Origin: Planctomycetota bacterium
Lineage (GTDB): Bacteria; Planctomycetota; SZUA-567; H5-PLA8
NCBI GenBank assembly: GCA_038227045.1
Contig: JBBRQD010000013.1
Location: 5,262-69,261 of the forward strand
Reading direction: 5' to 3'
DNA: 64,000 nt
Both the position numbers and the translations under genes were made by a program. Shown here one piece after another: positions 56,081-64,000 of this stretch. The notes beneath the pieces were generated by a model. It was not told where the DNA came from. It ran no database searches and saw nothing but the letters and a program-made list of their open reading frames with translations. How positions within the stretch are numbered: position 1 is the stretch's first letter; every line of letters begins with the position of its first letter.

Positions 56081-57331
56081 TCATTTTTCCCATGTCAGGC
56101 ACTGCAACTTAGTGCCGGTTCGCATGACGAGACGCGCGGGCGCAAGCGGCATCGGTGCGCTCCAGCATTCAGTTTTGTCGTCCGCCGCGGGATACTCCGC
56201 GAGCAATTTCATCGGCTCGTTTTTGATCTCGATGAACTTCAGCGTCCCATCATGAAGCCGGCCGATCAACACGTTCCCCCACGCCACAAGCGCGCAGTAT
56301 TGCGCGTCCGTCTCCAGAGACGACAGTGTTTTTCCGTTTGCCGGATCGAGGCTCAAAATCTTCTGCCCGTCAAACATGTAGATCCGGCCGTTGGCAAAGA
56401 TGGGCGTTGACAGATTTCCACCCAACTCCAGGTGCCACGCTTCCTCGCACTTTGCCGCGCCAGGAAATACCTTCAGCGCGACAGTCGCTTCGTGACTCGT
56501 GAGCAGCACGCGGTTCTCGCCGATTGGCACGGGCATCGCCGAGTTGCCGTCGCCGCCACCTTTCAATTCAAACGTGAATGCGGGAACGTATTTCTCGCCA
56601 TCTTTTCTTAAAACAATTAGTTCGTTGAACAACAGCGTCGCCACGTGCGGCTTGCCATCCAACACAAGCGGCATGAAGGAACTGTAGCCGGGCGCGGAAG
56701 TGGGCAATTCCCATGCGGTTGTGCCGTCGCTCATTTTCAACGCCAGCGCCTTGCCCGTTTCCTTGTTGCCAATGGGCAGCAGCAGATTCGTTTCATCCCG
56801 AATCGGCGACGCCGCGACGCCGTATTGCTGGCGAAATCCTCCGGCTTTCCATTCGGCGGGAAGATCGCGCTTCCACCGAATCTCACCGGTTTTGGAATCG
56901 AGTTTGAACACAGCGCCGGTCAGCGAATGAACGAACAGCGATCCGGGAATGCCGCAATCGGGTGTGGGCGCGGGATCGTGTGTCTGCGGCTCGCTGATCT
57001 CCGAAAGTTTCGCTTTCCAGAGCATTTTGCCCGTTGGCGCATCGAACGCACTGACAAATTCCTGCGTTTCCGAACGGTGCTGCACATACACCGTTGCGCC
57101 GTCGCAGACCGGAGACGAGAATCCAATGCCCACCGGAGTCTGCCAGACAACCGTCAATTTCTTCGGCCACGCGGCGGGTTCTTGAAACGCCGAGCGCTCA
57201 ATGCCGTCGTGCCGCGCGCCGCGCCAACCGTTCCACGGAGACTCTGCGTTCTCCGCGTGGCACAACGACGCCGACGCGCACACGATCAGGGTCAGGAAAA
57301 GGGAATTGGGATTCATGTTCGATTCGCTCAA
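56081..57331 (-). CDS. secreted PQQ-like beta-propeller repeat protein
   Basis: Signal LFLTLIVCASASLCHA. Repeated W...G...SSP blades. Confidence 0.75.
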   Translation of the reverse strand: MSESNMNPNSLFLTLIVCASASLCHAENAESPWNGWRGARHDGIERSAFQEPAAWPKKLTVVWQTPVGIGFSSPVCDGATVYVQHRSETQEFVSAFDAPTGKMLWKAKLSEISEPQTHDPAPTPDCGIPGSLFVHSLTGAVFKLDSKTGEIRWKRDLPAEWKAGGFRQQYGVAASPIRDETNLLLPIGNKETGKALALKMSDGTTAWELPTSAPGYSSFMPLVLDGKPHVATLLFNELIVLRKDGEKYVPAFTFELKGGGDGNSAMPVPIGENRVLLTSHEATVALKVFPGAAKCEEAWHLELGGNLSTPIFANGRIYMFDGQKILSLDPANGKTLSSLETDAQYCALVAWGNVLIGRLHDGTLKFIEIKNEPMKLLAEYPAADDKTECWSAPMPLAPARLVMRTGTKLQCLTWEK

Positions 57332-57425
57332 AAGGTGGCTTGCGCGCCGTCAATCCGCTCCGGTAGAGTCTTGCGGACAACTATCGAATACACTGCACTG
57401 CACGTTTTGGGATTTAGAGGTAAGC

Positions 57426-58496
57426 ATGGCGGAGTTGGAATTGAACGGTGCCGCGCGCGGCTGGCGCAGGCTCGCGTGGCCGCTGATGCTGGCGCTCGGC
57501 ACGGCCACCGTACTCGCGTTGGCAATCGTATTGATCGGGCAAAATCCAGAACTGGCGTTTTCGGAATTCGTGTCGGGATCGGTGGGATCGTTGACGGGGC
57601 TGGGCGGCACCGCGGCGCGCGCGACGATTTTGATTTTTTTTGCGCTCGGGATCGCCTTGAGTTTTCGCGCGGGACTAATCAATATTGGCGCCGAGGGTCA
57701 GGCGCGCGTTGGCGCGGCGGCGGCGGTGGCGCTGACGATGGGCGCGCAGGGCGCGCTCTTTTCGGCGCATCCGTGGCTGGGCATTTCGGCGATGCTGCTC
57801 GCGGGCGCGGCGGCCGGCGCGTTGTGGTCGCTGCTGGCAGGTGCGATGAAGCGCTGGCGCGGGGTGTCGGAAGTCGTCGCGACGCTGATGCTGAATTTCG
57901 TGGCCATCCAACTGGTTCGTTTCTTCGTCAGCAGTCACGATTGGCTTCAAGGCCGCGACACGGATCTGCAACAAAACGAGTTGCCGGCGGCGCTGAAATT
58001 CTCAGGCTGGAGCGGAACGGATTTTCATTGGGGCGTGTTTCTCGCGATCCCCGCCGCGCTGGCGGCGCATGTGTTTTTATTTTACACGGCGGGCGGCATG
58101 CGCCTGCGGGCCATGGGTTTGAATCGCGGCGCGGCGCGCGCCTGCGGCGTGCCGTGCGACACGCTGACGCTGTGGGTCTTCGGGATATGCGGTGCGCTGG
58201 CCGGAATGGCCGGGGCGCTCGGTGTCATGGCGGTCGGAAAGCTGGGGACCGAACCGGCGTACTCCGAGTTCGGCTATATGGCGGTCTCGGTCGCGCTTGT
58301 CGCGGAATTGAAGCCGCTGCCCATCGTCGCCGTCGCGCTGATCTTTGCGGCGATGGACATGGGTTCGGGTTCGATGGAAGCCACCGCGGGCGTTCCGCAC
58401 TGGATCGTATACGTGCTCAACGGACTGATGATTCTGGCGATGCTGGCGCGCGACGCGGGATCGAAAAATCTGCGCGTGAAAAGGATCGGCACATGA
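57426..58496 (+). CDS. ABC transporter permease (BMP/simple-sugar family)
   Basis: About 10 TM segments. FRAGLINIGAEGQ motif. ATG at 57426 after GAGG. Confidence 0.8.
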   Translation: MAELELNGAARGWRRLAWPLMLALGTATVLALAIVLIGQNPELAFSEFVSGSVGSLTGLGGTAARATILIFFALGIALSFRAGLINIGAEGQARVGAAAAVALTMGAQGALFSAHPWLGISAMLLAGAAAGALWSLLAGAMKRWRGVSEVVATLMLNFVAIQLVRFFVSSHDWLQGRDTDLQQNELPAALKFSGWSGTDFHWGVFLAIPAALAAHVFLFYTAGGMRLRAMGLNRGAARACGVPCDTLTLWVFGICGALAGMAGALGVMAVGKLGTEPAYSEFGYMAVSVALVAELKPLPIVAVALIFAAMDMGSGSMEATAGVPHWIVYVLNGLMILAMLARDAGSKNLRVKRIGT

Positions 58497-59395
58497 GCCC
58501 GGTCGAGTACGCCATCGGCGCCAGCGTGCGCATTGGGACGCCGCTATTGCTGGCCGGGCTGGGCGAACTCGTGCTGGAACGCGCCGGGATGATCAACATC
58601 GGTATTGAGGGCGTCATGCTCTGCGGCGCGTTCGGCGGATTCTATGCCGGCTGGGCGTCACAGTCGCCGCTGCTAGGCGCAATCGTTGGCGCACTGACGG
58701 GTGCGGCATTCATGCTGATTTTTGCGTTCATGACCCTGAAAATCCGCGCCGAACAGATTGTCACGGGAATGGCCACGAACCTGATCGCGGCGGGCGCAAC
58801 GAGCACGGCGTTCGACGCGTTAAGCGCCGCGCATCCGGGCGAATCGCTGAGCGTGCCGCAATGGGCAGGCGTGTTGGAACAATGGAAAGACGCGCCGATC
58901 ATCGGGCCAGCGCTGTGCGAACAAACACCTCTGACCTGGCTGGCGCTCGCGCTCGTTCCAGTGATCTGGTTGTATTTCGAGAAGACGGAACGGGGGCTGG
59001 AACTACGCGCGGTCGGAGAAAATCCGGCGGCGGCGCAAGCGGCGGGAATCAACGTCGCCGCCGCGCGGCTGAAGGCCTGTTTGGCATCGGGAGCATTGTG
59101 CGGATTGGGCGGAGCGTTCCTGACCGTTTCGCAGACCAGCAGCTACGCGGCGAATTGCACGAGCGGACGCGGTTTCGTGGCGTTGGCGGCGGTTGTGCTC
59201 GGGCGCTATACGACATTCGGAACAACCGGCGCGTGCATCCTATTCGGAACGGCATTCTATCTGCGCGACGCCATTCCAACCCACAGTGCGGCAGTGGAAC
59301 TCGTCGAAATATTGCCCTACGCGCTGGCCCTCGCAGCCCTGTGCTGGAAATTCAAATCAGGCGTCGCACCCGCAGGACTGGGGAAAAACACGTAA
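58493..59395 (+). CDS. ABC transporter permease (second subunit)
   Basis: ERAGMINIGIEGVML motif. ATGA start/stop overlap with the preceding permease. The long upstream extension in the ORF track is spurious. Confidence 0.8.
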   Translation: MSPVEYAIGASVRIGTPLLLAGLGELVLERAGMINIGIEGVMLCGAFGGFYAGWASQSPLLGAIVGALTGAAFMLIFAFMTLKIRAEQIVTGMATNLIAAGATSTAFDALSAAHPGESLSVPQWAGVLEQWKDAPIIGPALCEQTPLTWLALALVPVIWLYFEKTERGLELRAVGENPAAAQAAGINVAAARLKACLASGALCGLGGAFLTVSQTSSYAANCTSGRGFVALAAVVLGRYTTFGTTGACILFGTAFYLRDAIPTHSAAVELVEILPYALALAALCWKFKSGVAPAGLGKNT

Positions 59396-59403
59396 ATAAA
59401 AAC

Positions 59404-59503
59404 GGTTGAAGGTTGAAGGTTCAAGGTGATCAGGCACCCGAACCATGAACTTAAAAACCTTCAACCTTCAACCTTCAACCTTCAACCTTAAAACCTTCAA
59501 CCC
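59404..59503. terminator. GGTTGAA-heptamer hairpin between convergent genes
   Basis: GGTTGAAGGTTGAAGGTTCAAGG faces (CCTTCAA)x4-CCTTAAAACCTTCAACCC. Confidence 0.7.
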
Positions 59504-59507
59504 AAAT

Positions 59508-61688
59508 CTACTTCGTTTCGTTTTCAACCGGCTTGTTAGCAGCGGTTTTATCGGTGATCCAGGTGGTTGCCATGTCGGCGGCGATCAATGCGGCTTCGTC
59601 GGCCTGCGGATCTTTTTCATCCTTTTTCTTTTCAATCGGCGGAGCGTCGTCCGGATGATCTTTTTGAGCCGCGGCCTTTTCAGCTTTTTCCGCTTCGTAC
59701 TTCGCTTTGCGCTTCTTCAAATCGAAGAAGTCCTTGTATTCCTGGTTCGTTGCAAGGCGTTTCTTTGAATTTTCCTGAAGCATCGCGACGTTGTTCTTCT
59801 TCCACTCAGACCACAGCAGAACGTTCTTGTTGGTGGCGTCCACGCTGCTGTCAATCTTGTTCCAAGGAACGGGATTGTCCGACGCTTTTTCGAGCAGATC
59901 GTCGACCAGCTTCGAACCCGGAATGAACACGTCCGGCTCGACGCCTTTTAATTGCGTCGATGCGCCGCCCGCGCAGAAATACTGGTGAGTCGTGATCTTG
60001 ATTTCGCCCGGCAGGCGCAGCGCGGCCGACAGCGGAATCACGCGCTGGACCGTGCCCTTACCAAACGTCTGCGTGGGTCCGACAATCATCGCCCGGTTGT
60101 AGTCCTTCAGCGATCCGGCGACGATCTCCGACGCGCTAGCCGACAATTGACTTGTCAAAATCACCAGCGGCTGAGTGAAGTAGAACGGATCTTTGTCGTA
60201 CATCCATTTCACCAGACCCATGCCGTCGCGTTCGCCAACCACCGAACCGGTCTCGATAAACAAGCCGGCCAGTTCGACGGCTTCGTCGAGATACCCGCCT
60301 TGATTGGTGCGGAGGTCGAGCACGATGCCGGCCAGAGGATCGGTCTTGTTTGCTTCGATCAGGCGCTCCTTGACATCCTTGTGCACGCCGCGGTAAAAGC
60401 TGGCGACCGAGATCAGGCCGATCGTGCCTTGCGGCGTCTTGTATTTCTTGACCTTGACGCGTTCGTCCGCCAACTCAATTGTGGCGCGTTTCAGTGTCAC
60501 GATCTCAGTTGATTTGTCCTTGCGTTTGATGATCGTCAAGCGGACTTCCGTTCCCTTTTCGCCTTTGATCTTCTGGACGATCTTGCTGATCGGCAAGCCT
60601 CCCAGCGAAAAGCCATCGACGGCAATGATCTGGTCGCCCGGGTCGATTTTGCCGGACTTATCGCACGGTCCGTCTTTAATGAGTTCGTCCACGGCCGCGC
60701 CCATCGGGCACGGACGGATTTTTACGCCGATCCCCGCGAAACTCGGTTCGAGACCGCTGCCGAAGGGCTCGTCGTCCCCGTCGAAATAAACAGTGTGCGG
60801 ATCCATCGCGGCCATGAATGCCTTGAGGAACAGCTTGGGTGTTTCGGTTTCGACCGCGAATTTCTTGTATTTGCGGTGCTCTTCGGAGACATTTTGCAGC
60901 GCGAGTTTCATGGATTCCGCTTCGCTTAAATAACCTCTGTTCATGCGGTAGTTGCCGGCTGCGAATTTGATCAGGCGCGTCATGCGGTCTTCGTGCGTGG
61001 CGGGGCGCTCCGTCCACTTGATCTTGGTGTCGGCGTCTTCTTCTTCGTCGTCCGCAACCACCGGTTCGGCTTTCTTGGCGTCAGCCGCGGGGTTTTCGAC
61101 TTTCTTGATATCGTTCTTGGGAATCCCTTTTGCGGCCTCTACGTCGCCGGTTGGCGGCTCGACTTTTTTGTCCGTTTTGTCAGGATCGGCTTTGGGTTTC
61201 GGATCGACGGTCTTTGCACCCGCAACCGGCTTTGTCGCTTCTTTGCGCTCGGCTTCCTTCTTGATATCCGGGCGGCGCTCGTCGATGGTGTCATAGAACT
61301 TGTCGTCGCGCGCGATTTGCGTGTCGATGAAGCCTTGAAGAATATCTTGGAAAAACTTCAGGTCTCCGGCCATTGCTTTATCGGCGAGTTTTTGCAACTC
61401 GTCGTCGCTCTTGTTCATCAGCGCGTCGGCTTCGGATTTGAGATAGAAGCGGTTGTAGGGATCGAGCTGCGTCAAATATTCCTTGATCACGCGCTTGGTA
61501 AACGCGGGCGCCATTTCGTGCTGCGACAGATGCAGGCGAAAGAGCTGCGGAACCAATTCCCGGACGTTGTCGGCGGTTAGCTTTTCCGCTGAGAAGGAGG
61601 GCAACGTAGAGGTAAGAAGTGTCGCCACCAGAATCAACACGGAGGCGGCCTGCCAGCCAAACTGCAAAATCGCGACTTGTTTCCGCAC
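59508..61688 (-). CDS. S41 carboxy-terminal processing (tail-specific) protease
   Basis: PDZ region, then catalytic SQLSASASEIVAG and TFGKGTVQ. Proposed GTG start at 61688 after GAAAGGG gives a signal-like N-terminus; the ORF track's start at 62048 is unlikely. Confidence 0.8.
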   Translation of the reverse strand: MRKQVAILQFGWQAASVLILVATLLTSTLPSFSAEKLTADNVRELVPQLFRLHLSQHEMAPAFTKRVIKEYLTQLDPYNRFYLKSEADALMNKSDDELQKLADKAMAGDLKFFQDILQGFIDTQIARDDKFYDTIDERRPDIKKEAERKEATKPVAGAKTVDPKPKADPDKTDKKVEPPTGDVEAAKGIPKNDIKKVENPAADAKKAEPVVADDEEEDADTKIKWTERPATHEDRMTRLIKFAAGNYRMNRGYLSEAESMKLALQNVSEEHRKYKKFAVETETPKLFLKAFMAAMDPHTVYFDGDDEPFGSGLEPSFAGIGVKIRPCPMGAAVDELIKDGPCDKSGKIDPGDQIIAVDGFSLGGLPISKIVQKIKGEKGTEVRLTIIKRKDKSTEIVTLKRATIELADERVKVKKYKTPQGTIGLISVASFYRGVHKDVKERLIEANKTDPLAGIVLDLRTNQGGYLDEAVELAGLFIETGSVVGERDGMGLVKWMYDKDPFYFTQPLVILTSQLSASASEIVAGSLKDYNRAMIVGPTQTFGKGTVQRVIPLSAALRLPGEIKITTHQYFCAGGASTQLKGVEPDVFIPGSKLVDDLLEKASDNPVPWNKIDSSVDATNKNVLLWSEWKKNNVAMLQENSKKRLATNQEYKDFFDLKKRKAKYEAEKAEKAAAQKDHPDDAPPIEKKKDEKDPQADEAALIAADMATTWITDKTAANKPVENETK

Positions 61689-62162
61689 GCAAATCACCCT
61701 TTCTGACGATGTCCGAAACGCGTTCGGACTAATTTGACAAGCCGGACTTTTTCGGCGATTGCCGTGGCCTGTTGGCCGCTGCCAGAGCCAACTCACCATT
61801 GAACTTATACCACTCACGCGCAGCACGGCACATGAAAAAAAAACCATAATTTGCAAATTCGGCTGCAATTCTCCACCACCGTGCCCTAAATTACACACCG
61901 TGTCGCACACACGCATGGCCTTCCACAAAGGACTGTCCAATTCAAAGAAAACATGCGATGAAATCGATGGATTCTTAAAATCGCGTTGAAAACCACGACG
62001 CGCTTTACGCGCGATTGGAGAGAAGGCATTTCCCGGCACAATACTCATTGCAACCGACGCCGGCTAAATCATTTCTTTGACGTATCTGCAAGGCTCGAAC
62101 TTCACTTTGTTTTTAACGCCATTCGTACGTGACAAAAATATCATTGCAAACTGTCCCAAGTC

Positions 62163-63257
62163 TTACTTGACTCCCTTCGCCAGCGCTTTCGCGGTCGCAT
62201 TGATGATGGCTTCGGACGTAATTGTCGCGCCAGTGAATGTGTCGATACCCTTGACCGTTTGCTTCTGAATAATTTTTGCGGGCGTCTCCGTCAGCGAGCC
62301 GTAATACTGCTTCTCCGTATGTTTGACGACTTTCGACGATTCGATCTTGTTCGATTTCACCGTGACCGCCACGCTCACGATCCCGGAATATCCAGTGCTT
62401 TCGCTGGCATACGTGCCGTCGGCGATTTTAGCCAGGTCGAGCGTATCGTATAATTTGACCGCCTCCATGCTGGCCCGCGCGCGCGATTTGCTCTGCTTGA
62501 TATCGCGGCCGGCCTTTTTGTCATCCATCGACAGCACCTTTTGAAAATAATCGATGGCCTCCATGGGCTTGCCCATTTTGCGGCAGGTTTCTCCGGCCAT
62601 CAAAAAGGCAATATCGGGATTGGTATCTTCCTCCGCTTTGACTTTCGCGACTGCCAGCGCCTTGTCGTAGTCCCCCATATCGGTCCATAATTTGATCGTT
62701 TCGCCATGCCGCGATTCATCCTTGTCGACGGCCACGAGTATGGTGCGCGGAAAGTCCTTGTTACCCAATTTAAGAAAACAATCGGCCAATTCGACCACAT
62801 CGCTGGGGTCGCCCGTTTTTTCGATCTCCGATTTTCGCCACCAATAGGCCGCGCGTAGCGGGTCCAATTGCAGAAATTGATAGTTGCGCGCAATGGCCTT
62901 CATGGTCTGTTTGGACTTTTCGGGATCGTCCTTATTCAGGTCGTAAACATGGTAGAGAAGTCTCAATCCTTCGCGCCAGCGGCCGGAGTTTTCGTTGATG
63001 ACGCTCCAGACGTACTGAGAAAGGTATTTATTGGGCGTCCACGGCTCCTTGTTTTGGGGTTTTTCCCAATGTAACTGGAGTGTAGGCGGAAAATTGAGTT
63101 TGACGGCCTCAAGCCATTCGGGCTTCGTCGATCCACCGCTTTGGATCAGCTTGTCGACCTCGGCCTGAGTCCGCGTGACCATGGCGCTTTCAACGGCGTT
63201 CGCCGGCAGGCAAAACGACAAGAGGAGTATCATCGTATTAAGTATCGACGAGCGCAT
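62163..63257 (-). CDS. secreted TPR-like protein with C-terminal FMN-binding (FMN_bind) domain
   Basis: Signal MILLLSFCLPANA. C-terminal GIDTFTGATITSEAI matches the flavinylation motif (S/T)GAT-x-(S/T). Confidence 0.7.
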   Translation of the reverse strand: MRSSILNTMILLLSFCLPANAVESAMVTRTQAEVDKLIQSGGSTKPEWLEAVKLNFPPTLQLHWEKPQNKEPWTPNKYLSQYVWSVINENSGRWREGLRLLYHVYDLNKDDPEKSKQTMKAIARNYQFLQLDPLRAAYWWRKSEIEKTGDPSDVVELADCFLKLGNKDFPRTILVAVDKDESRHGETIKLWTDMGDYDKALAVAKVKAEEDTNPDIAFLMAGETCRKMGKPMEAIDYFQKVLSMDDKKAGRDIKQSKSRARASMEAVKLYDTLDLAKIADGTYASESTGYSGIVSVAVTVKSNKIESSKVVKHTEKQYYGSLTETPAKIIQKQTVKGIDTFTGATITSEAIINATAKALAKGVK

Positions 63258-63358
63258 AAATACTCCATTCCCTACTCAATCGCAGATGAACGCGGATGAA
63301 CACAAATTACCGCGGATAAACATGGTCCTCATTTGAAAAACTGCGAACGGAGCACCAT

Positions 63359-64000
63359 TCATACCAACGGAAATCCTTTTGTTTTAAAGGTTCTGCCGTC
63401 TTTGGTAACAAGATACGCGTCGCAGCCGGGCATCGATTCCACCACTGCCAGGCCTTTTTCCACGCCCAGTATAAACACCGGCTTGGTCAAAGCGTCGGCC
63501 AACATGCCGGTGGGTGCGACGATGCTCGCGCTGGCGAGCTCGAGCGGTGAGCGGCCGGTGGAGGGATCGAAAATGTGGTTGTACAGGAAGTCGTCGCTGA
63601 AATACGTGGCGTAGTCGCCCGACGTGGCCAGAGCTCGGCCGTCCAGCGCGCAAATGCCGATGAACGCATCGGGATGGCGCGGATGTTGAATACCTACGCG
63701 GAATGGGCCACCGTCGGCTTTGTGCCCTTCCGACGTGATTTCGCCGGTATCGATGAGCGCATGTTCGATACCATGCATTTTCAACACGGATAACACGCGG
63801 TCCGCCGCGTATCCTTGTGCTATACCATTAAAGGTGATCTTCATGCCGGGCGCTGCAAACGCGATCGCGTCGCCGGATTGTACAATCTTTCGATAATCGA
63901 CTTTTGCGCGCGCGGCTTCGATCGCCGCCGGATCGGGGAGCACATTTTTCTGTTTGGCGTCGAAATACAGCTCCCACAGTGGCTGCACGGATACGTCGAA
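63359..64000 (-). CDS. apbE: FAD:protein FMN transferase ApbE (N-terminus beyond window end)
   Basis: GIAQGYAADR, ATSGDY, HIFDPSTG, ADALTKP motifs. Frame is open to the window edge. Confidence 0.85.
   Translation of the reverse strand, partial: FDVSVQPLWELYFDAKQKNVLPDPAAIEAARAKVDYRKIVQSGDAIAFAAPGMKITFNGIAQGYAADRVLSVLKMHGIEHALIDTGEITSEGHKADGGPFRVGIQHPRHPDAFIGICALDGRALATSGDYATYFSDDFLYNHIFDPSTGRSPLELASASIVAPTGMLADALTKPVFILGVEKGLAVVESMPGCDAYLVTKDGRTFKTKGFPLV

Noticed and set aside
56645-58492. Upstream 616 codons of the 916-aa ORF 56645..59395
   Set aside because: Only the last ~300 aa (from the ATG at 58493) look like an ABC permease. The upstream part overlaps the PQQ-propeller gene and the first permease in other frames and reads as Arg-rich nonsense.
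59404-59503. Possible CRISPR array from repeated short units (also at 8878-8958 and 22940-23028)
   Set aside because: The units are contiguous 7-nt tandem repeats with no spacers, arranged as complementary arms. No cas genes are present.

Overview
This 64-kb window is high-GC and gene-dense, with about 57 supportable CDS, most on the minus strand. There are no rRNA or tRNA genes, CRISPR arrays, transposases or integrases. Gene content suggests a PVC-type (Verrucomicrobia/Planctomycetes-like) chromosome, but that is inference only. Most genes are housekeeping: a split B12-dependent acyl-CoA mutase with hbd and acyl-CoA dehydrogenase, argC, rsfS, PduO-type adenosyltransferase, pilT, truD, tgt-yajC-secDF, rpsB-tsf-pyrH-frr, aroB, exbB/exbD, a P450, an aldehyde dehydrogenase and an S41 protease. 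Five things deserve a second look. (1) A divergent type IV pilus/T2SS-like envelope block at 44.1-53.4 kb: a secretin, a PilM::PilN-like fusion, and two proteins sharing a near-identical 18-aa motif. All carry long low-complexity tracts, and no pilin, PilB or PilC lies nearby. (2) A 527-bp GC-rich non-coding gap (4829-5355) with plus-strand-specific G-U-containing helices, a candidate unclassified structured RNA. (3) A ~100-nt three-hairpin repeat present in three copies. (4) Many long intergenic and intra-operon hairpins whose arms are 7-8-nt tandem repeats. (5) A DUF559 endonuclease ORF bounded by ~46-bp inverted repeats and sitting between rpsB and tsf. All functional calls rest on motif recognition by eye; no searches were run.
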